A stretch of DNA of 64,000 nucleotides. Origin: Myxococcota bacterium (GTDB lineage: Bacteria; Myxococcota; XYA12-FULL-58-9; JALHOP01). The position numbers and the translations under genes are program-made. The DNA is taken from contig JBGGMJ010000105.1 in assembly GCA_041288095.1 (NCBI GenBank), forward strand, positions 1 through 64,000, given 5' to 3'. Position 1 is the first letter of the stretch, and the number at the start of each line of letters is the position of its first letter. Below, one piece after another: positions 29,177 to 41,761 of the stretch. The notes below the pieces were generated by a model. It was not told where the DNA came from. It was given only the letters and a program-made list of their open reading frames with translations, and searched no databases.

Positions 29177-29969
29177 CGTCCCAGGAACTCCGCTTTCTTT
29201 TTTTCCACGAACGCCGTGACGCCGCGCTGGAAGTCTTCACCCGCCGCGCACGCCGCGAACGATTCCGCCTCGAGCTGGAGCTGAGTGTCGTAATCGTTTT
29301 CGAGGGAGCGATTGATGAGGTTCTTGGTGCGGCCGAGGACCGCGGTCGGACCCGAGGCGAGCCGCTCGGCCAGCGCGCGCGTCTGCGCGTCGAGCTCGGC
29401 GGCGGGCACCACGCGATTGACGAGGCCGATGGCCAACGCCTGCTTGGCGTCGAAGCGATCACCGAGCAGCGCGATCTCCATGGCGCGCTTCACACCGACG
29501 AGGCGCGGCAGCACGTACGTGGACGAACCGTCGGGGCTGGTGCCGATGTTGGCGTAGGCGAGCGTGAAGTAGCTGTCCTCGGCGACGATGGCGAGGTCGG
29601 CCGCCATCATCAACGACAAGCCAAAACCCGCCGCCGCGCCGCGCACACTCGCGAGCACGGGCTTGGGCATGCGCCGCAACGAGGTCATCACCGGGTGCAA
29701 GCGAGCAACGAACTGCTCGAAGAGGACGCGTCGGTCCGTGGCGTTCGGTGTCGCCGCGACGGTCTCGGCGAAGAACTTCACGTCGCCGCCGGCCATGAAG
29801 TGTTTGCCCGCGCCGGTGATCACGACGGCGCGCACCGAAGCATCATGCTCGACCCGCGAGGCCGCCGCTCCGAGCTCGTCCATCATGACGGTGTTCAAGG
29901 CGTTGAGCGCCTCGGGACGGTTGAGCGTGATGGTCGCTATAGCGTTCTCGATGCGGACGTCGATGGTGC

Positions 29970-29973
<4 letters not shown>
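29173..29973 (-). CDS. Enoyl-CoA hydratase/isomerase (crotonase family)
   Basis: LNRPEALNAL, FMAGGD, GAAAGFG, IGTSPDG. Confidence 0.92.
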
Positions 29974-31130
<1,157 letters not shown>

Positions 31131-31164
31131 GGGCGCCGAGCTTACGCCACGGCCTGCCCCGGAT

Positions 31165-31700
31165 CTACCCGCGCGGACCCAAGCGCCGCACCAGCGTGCA
31201 AAACTCGCGGGCCAAGAGGAACGTCAGCTCGACGCTCCCGAGGCGCACACGTGAGCCGGTGACCAGGCTGGTCGGTATGTCGCGCGGCAGGACCACGTCG
31301 TCGACAGCCGTGCCGTTGGTCGAGCCCAGGTCGCGGATGATCCACGGGCTGCTCTCGTTGTACGCTATCGAGGACACCTGAGCGTGTCGACGAGACAGCG
31401 ACTCGTCGGGAATGACCACGTCGTTTTCCGAGGTGCGCCCGATGCAGATCGGCACGTCGAGGCGCTCACCCGGAGCTTTGCGCAAGCGGAACACGAAGTA
31501 CTGGTGCAGCCACGAGCCGTCGATGCGCAGCTCTTCACTGTTGACGGTGCCGCGCAACGCGCTCGACGGAGGCAGGGTTTCGAGGGCGCCGTAGTGCACG
31601 AAGAAAGCTTCGCCGTGCAACGCGCGGAACGTCTCCAGGTCGAGGAGACGCGCGTCGTGATCGAAATCGCCGAGTCGATCGGCTGCAATCGCCACTGCGC

Positions 31701-31704
<4 letters not shown>
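31165..31704 (-). CDS. FHA domain protein
   Basis: IGRTSENDVVI..SLSRRHA...IRDLGSTNGT. GTG start overlaps the kinase stop (GTGA). Confidence 0.9.
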
Positions 31705-32711
<1,007 letters not shown>

Positions 32712-32751
32712 GATGGCGTAGTGCCTCCCAATGGTGCTCGGGGGGCGTACC

Positions 32752-32767
32752 TGCAGGCGGCGTGCCT
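32752..32767 (-). promoter_or_regulatory. sigma54 (-24/-12) promoter of the kinase-FHA genes
   Basis: Minus strand AGGCACGCCGCCTGCA (GG-N10-GC), about 40 nt before GTG 32711. Confidence 0.65.
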
Positions 32768-32782
32768 AATTCTGACTCACTC

Positions 32783-32795
32783 TAACATTTTGATT
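32783..32795 (-). promoter_or_regulatory. IHF binding site
   Basis: Minus strand AATCAAAATGTTA matches WATCAA-N4-TTR, in an AT-rich patch just upstream of the sigma54 promoter. Confidence 0.7.
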
Positions 32796-32944
32796 TTCCA
32801 CGAATTTCTAGAGTGTGGCGACCTGGTGTCACGGGAAAAAGGCTACAAAGCTAGAAACCCCGACAGGAGTTTCGCCTCAAGAGGTTCAGTGAGGTAAGCC
32901 CAAGGGACACTGTAGATGTGTAGAGAAACGCGGAGGATCTCGGC

Positions 32945-33475
32945 ATGCGCCAATTGATGGTTTTGGGGTTGTTGGTGGCGGTGGCGTGCAGCTCGGACCG
33001 CGATCCGAACGACCAGCCGGGGGACGGGGACGGCGGCGACGGGGGCGGCGATACGCTGAGCAGCGCGACCTGTGACCAGCTCTACGCGCGCTCCAATGAG
33101 TGCATGACCGACAACGGGTGCGGCGGGGCCTTTGACGAAGAGGAATTCGTCAATGGATGTGACGCCTCTCCACTCACCGGTCGCCAAATCGCCCAAGTCA
33201 TCGCCCTGAGCTGCGATGACATCATGCTCGACCTTTGCCAGCAGAGCGCGTCCCTGTTCACGCTACAGTGCTGCAAGCAGTTCTTCACCTGCCCCGGCGA
33301 CCTGAAGTGCGATCCATTGCCGGACTCCGACGGGCAGGTCGGCGTCTGCATCACGCAAGAAGACGCCTTCCCTGATGGCGCTCAGGCTTGCGAGCAGGCC
33401 GGTGACTGCGATCCGGGCTTCACGTGCATAGAAGGGGCAACGAGCACGAAATGCGTGCAAGTCTGCGCACCTTAG
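32945..33475 (+). CDS. Cys-rich lipoprotein
   Basis: GGAGG RBS, lipobox AVAC, Gly/Asp linker, many Cys. Confidence 0.8.
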   Translation: MRQLMVLGLLVAVACSSDRDPNDQPGDGDGGDGGGDTLSSATCDQLYARSNECMTDNGCGGAFDEEEFVNGCDASPLTGRQIAQVIALSCDDIMLDLCQQSASLFTLQCCKQFFTCPGDLKCDPLPDSDGQVGVCITQEDAFPDGAQACEQAGDCDPGFTCIEGATSTKCVQVCAP

Positions 33476-33510
33476 TGACGCCATGGCGTGCTTTCATCAG
33501 GTGACGCACG

Positions 33511-33536
33511 CAACACCCGATCAAGGCTGACGATAA
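33511..33536 (+). promoter_or_regulatory. sigma28-like promoter CAAC-N15-ACGATAA
   Basis: GCAACACCCGATCAAGGCTGACGATAAC, intergenic, about 100 nt before the 33634 gene. Confidence 0.5.
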
Positions 33537-33633
33537 CGAGTGCATAGACCACTGGGGGGATTCTGGCCTCCAGTACTTCTATGAGCTCGTCGAGATCCGC
33601 CCTCGCCAAGAGCTCACCTTTCAGGAGTGTGCC

Positions 33634-34002
33634 GTGGCGCTGTCCGTAAGCGACAAAGTAGCGATGGTCGACAAGATGTTTACCGTCGTCGATGAGTGCG
33701 ATTCGGGTCTGAAGCGACGTGCCGAAGGCCGTTTCCGTCCCAAGAGCCTGACCTACGCCATCGACCCCCGCATGGTGCTCGAGGTGCGTGCGTACTTCGA
33801 CGACATGGCTCCGACCGGCGCGCCGGAGACCGAAGCCTTCGATAACGCCTTCGCCACTCTCGGCGAAGTGGTCCGCATGGTCTTCACCGCGCACCTGGAT
33901 GGCGCGGTCTACGTGACCGTGAAAGAGCTGACGCGGATGCGCCAGCTCATCGACCAGTGCCGCGCGGCGCTTCCGCAAGAAGCCGCCATGGCGGTCGCCT
34001 AG
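33634..34002 (+). CDS. Hypothetical protein (122 aa)
   Basis: AGGAG RBS, GTG start, high-GC3 codon usage, followed by a terminator. Confidence 0.75.
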   Translation: MALSVSDKVAMVDKMFTVVDECDSGLKRRAEGRFRPKSLTYAIDPRMVLEVRAYFDDMAPTGAPETEAFDNAFATLGEVVRMVFTAHLDGAVYVTVKELTRMRQLIDQCRAALPQEAAMAVA

Positions 34003-34047
34003 CAATTCGAGACACTCCCGCCGTAGGGCGGTAGCGTCAGCGAGAAG

Positions 34048-34077
34048 ATGGCCCGGTCACCCCGGGCCATTTTTTTT
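34048..34077 (+). terminator. Intrinsic terminator
   Basis: ATGGCCCGG-TCACC-CCGGGCCAT followed by a T run. Confidence 0.85.
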
Positions 34078-34411
34078 ACATCGACTCGGTTTCGGCTTCG
34101 GCCTTCATGCGCGTCGCCGCGTCATTGCCGCAGTTGTACGCCGTGCCCTTCAGATTCACGTAGCCGCCGTTCTCGACGGTGTCGGTGATGAGCACCCAGT
34201 TGGCGTTCATGCGGCCGGCGTTGTTGCGCAGCTCGGTCTCGGCCTTGTCCTGCGAGCTTTGCGTCGCATCGACGGAGCTAATCGGCTGGCAGCCGTTCAC
34301 TTCGGCCCGATCCTTCGCGACGTGCACACCAGCGCCCGCCATCGTCGTCTTCGAGCAACCCACGAACAAACCAAGAGCCAACGTACCCACGACCAGAAGA
34401 GAAAGTTTCAT
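34076..34411 (-). CDS. Small lipoprotein (DUF4156-like)
   Basis: Lipobox FVGC; GCQPIS...LRNNAGRMNANWV...GTAYNC. Confidence 0.75.
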   Translation of the reverse strand: MKLSLLVVGTLALGLFVGCSKTTMAGAGVHVAKDRAEVNGCQPISSVDATQSSQDKAETELRNNAGRMNANWVLITDTVENGGYVNLKGTAYNCGNDAATRMKAEAETESM

Positions 34412-34460
34412 GGCCGCGCATCATGTGGCAGTCCTTGGGGGAGCGCAACTAGGAGGAAAC

Positions 34461-35006
34461 ATGCGTTTGTCGGCTCTCGGATTCGTGGCGCTCGCGGTGT
34501 TGATCGCCTGTAAGGCGGGAGCGCAGACCCAATCGGGCCGCGGCACCCCGGGAAGCGAAGCCAAGCCGCCGATGACCGACGAGTCGCAGGCGACGCCGAC
34601 CAACCTGCGCGACTGCTACATGCGCATCGCCATGAACAAGGTGAATCCCGACGCCATGTATCTGGCGCGGCAGATCTGCGATCAGCTCTTCAAGAAGCTC
34701 GACCCATCGTCGCTCGCGCTCTACGACGCCAAGGGTCAGAAATGCACCGAGTGGTTCTTCGACGGGGACGGCCGCTACGAGACCAGCGAGCTGTATTGCG
34801 CCTTCGAACCGCGCGGCGAGAGCAAGTACGTTTTAGCGTGCGAAGCCAAGGACGCGAAGTCGCGGCGCTTCTCGTACGCGGAGCTCACCAAAATGGAGCG
34901 CCGGTACGAGAAGACCAAAACCGCGGGCTTCGACCTCGGGCTCTTGTTTACCGGCATGGCCGGCTGCATCGAGCACAAGGCCCAGCTAGGCTTGAAGTCG
35001 GACTAG
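34461..35006 (+). CDS. Hypothetical Cys-containing lipoprotein
   Basis: AGGAGG RBS before ATG 34461; lipobox LIAC. Confidence 0.75.
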   Translation: MRLSALGFVALAVLIACKAGAQTQSGRGTPGSEAKPPMTDESQATPTNLRDCYMRIAMNKVNPDAMYLARQICDQLFKKLDPSSLALYDAKGQKCTEWFFDGDGRYETSELYCAFEPRGESKYVLACEAKDAKSRRFSYAELTKMERRYEKTKTAGFDLGLLFTGMAGCIEHKAQLGLKSD

Positions 35007-35830
35007 ATGTCCGTCGACACGCTGGTGGTCCGGTTGCTCTCCAGCGTCTGACGCATCGACGCGAGCTTTTGCTCCGCCATCGCGTACGCGTCTTTGCCGA
35101 GGAACAGGTGCAACGGCGGGTCGCGCTGCTCGGCAACGTCGACGAGCGCCTTTGCGAGCTTCTTGGGGTCACCCGGCTGGTTGCCGTTGATCTCCTTCAA
35201 GTGCTGCTCGCGGATGGCGTGCGCCTTCGTATAGGCGGCGATCGGTCGCGCCGGTAGGCCGAGCGAGCCGCGGCTCAAGAACTCGGTGCGGAAGTAACCG
35301 GGATAGACCGCGGTCACGTTGACGCCGTGCTCCTGGAGCTCCGCTTGCAACGCTTCGCTCACGGCCGCGACGGCGAACTTGGTGGCGCAATAGATGCCCC
35401 AGCCCGGAAAGTTTCCGACGAAGCCGCCGATCGAGCCGATGTTGAAGATGTGACCACTTCGCCGCTCACGCAGGTGCGGCAGCGCCGCCCGCAGGACGTT
35501 GAGCGTACCGAAGACGTTCACGTCGAAGTTCATGCGCGCCTCGGCGTCGCTCAGCTCCTCGATGGTGCCGAGCTGGCCGTAGCCCGCGTTGTTCACGACC
35601 ACGTCGAGCCCGCCGAAGCGGTCGATGGTCGCCTTGATGGCGGCCTGCACGCTCGCTTCGTTGAGGAGATCGACCTCCAGGGCCAGCACCTTGTCGCCGA
35701 GCGCCTCCACGAGCGCTCTCTTCGACCGTGACGTGACGGCGACCTTCGCGCCGCTCGCCACGAGCACTTTCGCAAGCTCCAGCCCCAGACCCTTCGATGC
35801 ACCAGTGATGAACCAAATGTTGTTCTTCAT
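35003..35830 (-). CDS. Short-chain dehydrogenase/reductase
   Basis: WFITGASKGLG, NNAGYG, YCATK, QPGDP. Confidence 0.92.
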   Translation of the reverse strand: MKNNIWFITGASKGLGLELAKVLVASGAKVAVTSRSKRALVEALGDKVLALEVDLLNEASVQAAIKATIDRFGGLDVVVNNAGYGQLGTIEELSDAEARMNFDVNVFGTLNVLRAALPHLRERRSGHIFNIGSIGGFVGNFPGWGIYCATKFAVAAVSEALQAELQEHGVNVTAVYPGYFRTEFLSRGSLGLPARPIAAYTKAHAIREQHLKEINGNQPGDPKKLAKALVDVAEQRDPPLHLFLGKDAYAMAEQKLASMRQTLESNRTTSVSTDI

Positions 35831-35922
35831 GGGAGGCAACGTAGGCCCGACGGCTCTAGGGGCGTTAGCGCGAGACGCCAAACCTCTTGCCTAATCCTCC
35901 GGGCATCCGTATTTTTGTACCG

Positions 35923-36783
35923 ATGGACGAGCTCATCGACATCGCCCTGCGCCACACGCCTGGTGATGGCTTCTGGCAAACGCGCGTCCCGGTGCTGAGC
36001 ATCTTGCGCAGCGCCGTGACCGCGAACCGCGTGCCGGCGGTGCAGCGCCCCATGCTTTGTCTCATCGTCCAGGGTGCCAAAGAGGTCACGGTGGGTGAGC
36101 GCGTCTATCGCTACGTGCCACCGCAGTACCTCTTGTCGACCGTCGACCTGCCGATGACCGGCGAGGTCATCGAAGCCACGCCGCGCAAGCCGTATCTGTG
36201 CTTCGCGCTCGCGATCGAACCGGCGACCGTCTACGACGTGCTCGAGAGCAGCAGTATCGAGCCAGCCGCCGACACGCGTTCCGCCGTATCTGTCGCTAAA
36301 GCGGACAGTATTCTCACCGACGCGATGCTGCGCCTCGCGCGTTGTTTACCGAGCGCCAACGACTGCGCCGTGCTCGCGCCCGGCATCGTTCGCGAGATCA
36401 CCTATCGTTTGCTCACGGGCCCGCTCGGCACCATGGTCCGCGACATCGGCGTCGTCGGTAGCCGCACCCAACGGGTGGCCAAAGCCATCGCGCACTTGAA
36501 GAACGCCTTCGCGGAGCCCGTCGCCATCAAAGAGCTGGCGCGCCTCGCGGGCATGAGCGTGTCGTCCTTCCACGAGCACTTCAAGAAGGTCACGACCTTG
36601 TCGCCACTGCAGTATCAAAAGCAGCTCCGGCTCCACGAAGCCCGGCGCTTACTCTTGGCGGATGCCGGCGGCGCCGGTGATGCAGGCTTCCGTGTCGGCT
36701 ATCAAAGCGCGTCGCAGTTCAGTCGCGAGTATGCCCGCTACTTCGGACACCCGCCCACCCACGACCTGCGGCCGCGTCCGTGA
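35923..36783 (+). CDS. AraC family regulator (YqhC-like, AraC_N domain), divergent from the SDR
   Basis: LIVQGAK, PRKPYL, HFKKVTTLSPLQYQKQLRLHEARRLL, VGYQSASQFSREY. Confidence 0.92.
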   Translation: MDELIDIALRHTPGDGFWQTRVPVLSILRSAVTANRVPAVQRPMLCLIVQGAKEVTVGERVYRYVPPQYLLSTVDLPMTGEVIEATPRKPYLCFALAIEPATVYDVLESSSIEPAADTRSAVSVAKADSILTDAMLRLARCLPSANDCAVLAPGIVREITYRLLTGPLGTMVRDIGVVGSRTQRVAKAIAHLKNAFAEPVAIKELARLAGMSVSSFHEHFKKVTTLSPLQYQKQLRLHEARRLLLADAGGAGDAGFRVGYQSASQFSREYARYFGHPPTHDLRPRP

Positions 36784-39700
36784 CCCGGGCGCGCGTGCGC
36801 TCTGACTGAATCAAGAGCCGTTCCGTCTCGGCAGTCAGCACGAGGTCAGTGAGCACGCGCACCTCGCGGCCGTCGTAAACCGCGACCGGTAGGGCATCGC
36901 GGAAGAGAATGCGATGCGTGGCGATGGCGGGAATACGGTCGCCGGGGATGATGCTGCCGGAGAAGTTGAGGGGATCCGCCGCCGAGAGCGCGACGTAGAC
37001 CGGCGTATCGGGAGCTTCGCGATGGCGACGCAGCAACGCCAGAGCCTCGGGCAAGGCGTACTGCTCGCCGCTCATGCCGGTGACGAAGTAGCCGCCGCGC
37101 ACCTCACCGCGCGCTTCCATGCGGCGCAACACGCGCAGCAGATCACGCCAGGGTGCGAGCAGCGCCTCACGCTCGATGACCTTGCGACTCACGAGGCCAT
37201 AACGCGTGAGAATGGCGCGCGCTTGCGCTTCGACCGCCGTCCAGCGCTCCACCTCGCTGGCCTCGGCGCGCTGCTCGATGTGTGACCAGCGACCAGCGCG
37301 GTCGATGAGGCTCGCCGAGCGGGCGCGCTTCGCCTTGGTCTGCGCGTTCGCCACGAGATCGCGCAGGCCCGAGAAGTTGTCGGAGCTCACCCGCCCCGCC
37401 GCGACCAGCTCGCCGAGGACGCCCTCGAGCTGCGCCGGCAGCAACCCGCAAGCCTTGCCGATGCCGGCGGCAAACGAGGCGCCGCGAGTCTTCAAGTGCT
37501 CATCCACGCGCTGCGCGGCTTCCGAGAGGTTCGCGGACGACACGCCCGCGAGAGTCCGCCAGTGCTCGATGTTGTCGCGCAGATAAAGCGCGACGGCCGA
37601 AGCACGGGTGAGGCTGCCCGCCTTGGCTTCTTCGTCATCGAGCGGGCGCAGACGACCCCAGCCGACGAGACCACTCGTACACAGCGTGTCGAGGTCATGC
37701 GGGTCGTAGCCGTCGACCCGCGCCGGCAGCACCGACGCGTCCCAAGCCCCACAGGGTAGGTCGAGGCCGTCGAGCGCGCGCACCACGGCAAGCAAGCCCT
37801 CGGCATCACGCGCGCGGTATTCGGGATCGACGCGCTGCCAGGCGAACAAGTAACGCATGTACGCCGCAGCGGACACCGGCTCGATTTCGGCGCGCATCCT
37901 CCCGAGCGTCAGGCGATGCATGCGGGCCAAAAGGCGGCGATCACACCAGGTGTCGTTGGCGCCGCGCAGCACCACGCCTTCGGCCTCGATGCCGTGGAGC
38001 GCGATGAGTACGTCGGAGGGTGAAAGCGCGAAACGCTTGGCGAGCGACTCGGCGGTGACCGGACCGTCGATCTCGAGTCGGCCGCGCACCAGCTCTTTCA
38101 CCGCCGCGTCACGCTCCCACGTTTTCTCGTAACGTGCCGGCACAGTGAGCGACGGCTCCCACCCCGCTTGGGGGTAGATGGCCCTGGCCTCGGGAAAGCG
38201 CTCGGCCGAGGCAACGAGGAAGATCCCTGGCGCGACCTCGGCGCGTGTCGCGCGCTTCTGGGCGGCGAGCGCCTCGAAGCTGTCGCGCGACACCTCGCGT
38301 CCTTCGAGCGCGCCCGCGAGCATCAGCGCGTCATGCAAGGCATCGGGATCATCGGTCGCGGGGCGCACCTCTTCGAGCACCTTGGCGACGGCCTGCGGGT
38401 CGAGGACGCTCTCGGCGCTCACGTCATGCTCGCGCTTCGACACCAAGCGCGTGCGGCGCTCCTCGAGTGGTGCGTCGTCGAGAAAGGCATAGGGCTTGGC
38501 GTTCAGGATCTCGAAGGCCGCGGGCGAGGGGCTCGCGAGATCGGCGGTGATGCAACGGATGTCGCCGCTCTCGATGCGCGTAAGGATCTCCATCAGCCCG
38601 TCGAGATCCATCGCCTCGTGCAGACAGTCGTCGATGGTCTGGGTCACCAGCGGGTGATCGGGGATGCGGCGCTCACCGACGATGTTCTCGAGGCAAGCGA
38701 CCTGATCCGGGAAAGCCGCGCCCAGAAACTCCTCGGCATCGACCCGCTGGATCTGCGGCGGGATGCGTTTGCCACCGCGGTGACGCGGCACCGCTAGAGC
38801 GCGACCGGCATTCCAGCGCCAGCGCACGCCGAAGATCGGCGCGTCGAGCACCGCTTGGACGAGCACGTCGCGCACCGTCTTGGTGGTGACGAACTTGAAG
38901 ACGTCGGCGAGCGGAAACGAGTGGTGTGTCGAGAGCGAGATGACGATGGCGTCTTCGTTGGCCGCGGCTTGGAGCTCGACATTGAAGGCGCGGCAGAAGC
39001 GCTTGCGCAACGCCAGGCCCCAGGCGCGGTTGATGCGGCTGCCGAAGGGCGAGTGCAGGATGAGCTGCATGCCGCCGGCGGCGTCGAAGAAGCGCTCGGC
39101 GACGATGGTGTCGTGGCTCGGCACCGTCGAAAGAGCGTCCGCGATAGCATGCACGTAGTCGACGGCCTGTGACGCGGCAGCGGCGTCGACACCGGGCTCG
39201 CGCATCAGCTCGGCTTTGGCGACCTGTGCCGGCTGATCGGCGATCTGAGCTCGGAGCACCGAGAAAGCGCTCGACAGCTCGTTGGTGCGCGAGGGTGCCT
39301 CGCCCAACCAAAACGGAATGGTCGGTGGCGCGCCCTTGGCGTCCTCGACGCGCACCGTGCCGTTGACCACCTGCAAGATGCGCCAGCTGCTGGTGCCGAG
39401 CTTGAAGATGTCTCCGGCCATGCTCTCGATGGCGAAGTCTTCATTGATGGAGCCGACGGTGATGTTCTCGGGCTCGAGCTTGACGATGTAGTCGGCGTTC
39501 TCGGGGATGGTGCCGCCGCTGGTGAGGGCAGTGAGACGCGCACCGTCACGCGCTTTCACGCGCTTGTTCACGGCATCGTGATGCAACAGGGCACCGCGAC
39601 GCCCTCTTTGGGTCGCGTAACCTTGCGCGAGCATATCGACCACGGCGTCGAAGTCGGCGCGCGGCAGCTCGCGATAGGGATAGGCGCGGCGGACCAGATC

Positions 39701-40984
39701 ATAGAGATCGTCTTCGGCCCACTCGTGCTCGACCGCGGCAGCGACGATCTGCTGCGCCAGCACATCGCGTGGTTGGCGCGGCTCGATGATGCGATCGAGG
39801 TCGCCGGTGCGGACGGCGCGTAGCAAGGCGATGGCTTCGACCAGCTCGTCACGCGATAGCGGAAAGAGGCGGCCCTTGGCGATGCCGCCGTGCCAGTGAC
39901 CCGCGCGACCGACACGCTGCAAGAAGGTCGAGATGGCGCGCGGCGTGCCGAGCTGCACCACCAGGTCGACGTCACCAATATCGAGACCGAGCTCGAGCGA
40001 TGCGGTGGCGACCAGCGCCTTGAGCTCGCCGCGCTTCAAGCGCTGCTCGGCGTCGAGGCGCAGCGCCGTCGCAAGACTGCCGTGATGCGAGGTGATGCTG
40101 CCTTCGGGCAAGCGATGGCCGAGCTCGTGGGCAACTCGCTCGCACAGACGCCGCGAGTTCACGAAGATGAGCGTCGTGCGGTGCTCGTCGATGAGCTGCA
40201 CCAGGCGGTCGTAGACCTCGGTCCAGACCTCCGTGCTCATGACCGACTCGAGCGGTGAGCGCGGCACTTCGATGGCGAGGTCGCGGGCGCGGACGTGACC
40301 TTCGTCGACGATGGTGCAGGCGGCGTTCTTGGTGCCGACCAGGAAGTCGGCGACCTTCTCGATGGGCTTTTGCGTCGCGGAGAGGCCGATGCGCTGTACC
40401 GGCTTTTCGACCAAGGCATCGAGCCGCTCGAGCGACAAGGCGAGGTGGGTGCCGCGGCGGTTCGCGGCGACGGCGTGGATCTCGTCGATGATGACGGTGC
40501 GCACGCCGGCGAGCAGCTCGCGGCCGGTCTCGGACCCCAAGAGCACGTAGAGCGACTCGGGGGTGGACACCAGGATGTGCGGCGGCGCGACCAGCATGGC
40601 GCGGCGGATCTTCTGCGGCGTATCGCCGGTACGCACTGCCGAGCGAATCTGTGGTGCCTCGATGCCGAGGTTGGCGAGCTCTCTGGCGATGCCGGCGAGC
40701 GGCTCCGCCAGGTTCTTGTCGATGTCGTTCGAGAGCGCCTTGAGGGGCGACACATAAAGGACGCTCGGACGTTCCTGCAGCGTCCCGGCAGCGGCTTCTC
40801 GGGTCAGCCCATCGATAGCCCAAAGGAACGCGGTGAGCGTCTTGCCGGAGCCGGTCGGCGCGGCGATGAGCGTGTGACCGCCGGCGCTGATGGCCGACCA
40901 ACCGCGCACCTGGACGTCAGTCGGGCCGGGAAAGCGGTGCGTGAACCAGGCGGTGACCGCGGGATGGAAGCCGAGCGCTTGCAT
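36719..40984 (-). CDS. lhr: Lhr-family ATP-dependent helicase (long form)
   Basis: APTGSGKT, SPLKALSND, DEIH, GLSAT, HHGSL, ASLELGLDIG, QRVGRAGH, C-terminal RGGYFV.G.SGEQYA. ATG 40984; the ORF-track extension is antisense to the TetR gene. Confidence 0.95.
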   Translation of the reverse strand: MQALGFHPAVTAWFTHRFPGPTDVQVRGWSAISAGGHTLIAAPTGSGKTLTAFLWAIDGLTREAAAGTLQERPSVLYVSPLKALSNDIDKNLAEPLAGIARELANLGIEAPQIRSAVRTGDTPQKIRRAMLVAPPHILVSTPESLYVLLGSETGRELLAGVRTVIIDEIHAVAANRRGTHLALSLERLDALVEKPVQRIGLSATQKPIEKVADFLVGTKNAACTIVDEGHVRARDLAIEVPRSPLESVMSTEVWTEVYDRLVQLIDEHRTTLIFVNSRRLCERVAHELGHRLPEGSITSHHGSLATALRLDAEQRLKRGELKALVATASLELGLDIGDVDLVVQLGTPRAISTFLQRVGRAGHWHGGIAKGRLFPLSRDELVEAIALLRAVRTGDLDRIIEPRQPRDVLAQQIVAAAVEHEWAEDDLYDLVRRAYPYRELPRADFDAVVDMLAQGYATQRGRRGALLHHDAVNKRVKARDGARLTALTSGGTIPENADYIVKLEPENITVGSINEDFAIESMAGDIFKLGTSSWRILQVVNGTVRVEDAKGAPPTIPFWLGEAPSRTNELSSAFSVLRAQIADQPAQVAKAELMREPGVDAAAASQAVDYVHAIADALSTVPSHDTIVAERFFDAAGGMQLILHSPFGSRINRAWGLALRKRFCRAFNVELQAAANEDAIVISLSTHHSFPLADVFKFVTTKTVRDVLVQAVLDAPIFGVRWRWNAGRALAVPRHRGGKRIPPQIQRVDAEEFLGAAFPDQVACLENIVGERRIPDHPLVTQTIDDCLHEAMDLDGLMEILTRIESGDIRCITADLASPSPAAFEILNAKPYAFLDDAPLEERRTRLVSKREHDVSAESVLDPQAVAKVLEEVRPATDDPDALHDALMLAGALEGREVSRDSFEALAAQKRATRAEVAPGIFLVASAERFPEARAIYPQAGWEPSLTVPARYEKTWERDAAVKELVRGRLEIDGPVTAESLAKRFALSPSDVLIALHGIEAEGVVLRGANDTWCDRRLLARMHRLTLGRMRAEIEPVSAAAYMRYLFAWQRVDPEYRARDAEGLLAVVRALDGLDLPCGAWDASVLPARVDGYDPHDLDTLCTSGLVGWGRLRPLDDEEAKAGSLTRASAVALYLRDNIEHWRTLAGVSSANLSEAAQRVDEHLKTRGASFAAGIGKACGLLPAQLEGVLGELVAAGRVSSDNFSGLRDLVANAQTKAKRARSASLIDRAGRWSHIEQRAEASEVERWTAVEAQARAILTRYGLVSRKVIEREALLAPWRDLLRVLRRMEARGEVRGGYFVTGMSGEQYALPEALALLRRHREAPDTPVYVALSAADPLNFSGSIIPGDRIPAIATHRILFRDALPVAVYDGREVRVLTDLVLTAETERLLIQSERTRARVTDAAAGRGWAGVRSSGHTRD

Positions 40985-41086
40985 GCGAGCGGCGACGTTA
41001 ACGCGCGGGCCGCGACTTGGGCAGACCCTTGCGCGCTCCCGCGACACAAACCTGACAGTCAGCTTGCAGGTTTGGGCAGTTGGCGG

Positions 41087-41125
41087 TTGACGCACCCCGC
41101 CGTCAGTGTTACCGACCGGTCGGTA
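41087..41125 (+). promoter_or_regulatory. aib promoter with AibR/TetR operator palindrome
   Basis: TTGACG (-35) at 41087. Perfect 16-bp palindrome TACCGACCGGTCGGTA at 41110-41125 overlaps the -10 region, 6 nt before the ATG. Confidence 0.8.
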
Positions 41126-41131
41126 GGTAAA

Positions 41132-41761
41132 ATGACAACATCGACAACAGGCCAAAAAGACGAACGAAAGTTCGAGGACGCCCGCAAGGCCATCCTCGAG
41201 CGCGCAGCGCTGCTCATCTGCGAGCAGGGCTACGAAGGCACGAGCATGCAGCAGATCGCCGTGTCCTGCGGCCTCACCAAAGCCGGGCTCTACCACTACG
41301 TGGAGAGCAAGGAAGAGCTGCTCGCCGACATCATGACCTGGGGCATGGACATCTTCGAGGAGCAGGTCTTGAAGCCCGTGCAGGACATCGAGGACCCGCT
41401 GCTGCGACTCGAGGAGTGCATGCGGCGCAACGTGCTCCTCTGCACCCGCGGTTGGAGCCGCGAGATCACCGTCATTCTCCACGAGCACCAGACGCTGCGA
41501 AACGCCACCGGCCGCGCCATCAACGCCCGCAAGAAGAAATACGTCGCTTTCCTCGAGGAGAGCTTCCGCGAAGCCATGGGCCGCAAGCTGGTGCGCGCCG
41601 AGGTCGACCCCACCATCGCCGCCTTCTCGTTCCTCGGCACGGTCTTGTGGATCTACAAGTGGTTCCGCAAAGACGGACGCCTCACCGATGAGCAAGTCGC
41701 CGACGGCATGGTCGACACCTTCTTCAACGGCATCCGTCCGCTGCAACGGAGTGGCCGGTGA
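41132..41761 (+). CDS. aibR: TetR family regulator AibR
   Basis: ILERAALL..EQGYEGTSMQQIA...TKAGLYHYVESKEELL; first gene of the aib-mvaS operon. Confidence 0.85.
   Translation: MTTSTTGQKDERKFEDARKAILERAALLICEQGYEGTSMQQIAVSCGLTKAGLYHYVESKEELLADIMTWGMDIFEEQVLKPVQDIEDPLLRLEECMRRNVLLCTRGWSREITVILHEHQTLRNATGRAINARKKKYVAFLEESFREAMGRKLVRAEVDPTIAAFSFLGTVLWIYKWFRKDGRLTDEQVADGMVDTFFNGIRPLQRSGR

Noticed and set aside
35887..35900. TTGCCTAATCCTCC as an AraC/YqhC-type operator
   Set aside because: Plausible from recollection of similar loci, but it is a single copy and cannot be supported from this sequence alone.
40985..41746. 254-aa N-terminal extension of Lhr (1675-aa ORF)
   Set aside because: It is the antisense shadow of aibR and its promoter; Lhr homology starts at ATG 40984.
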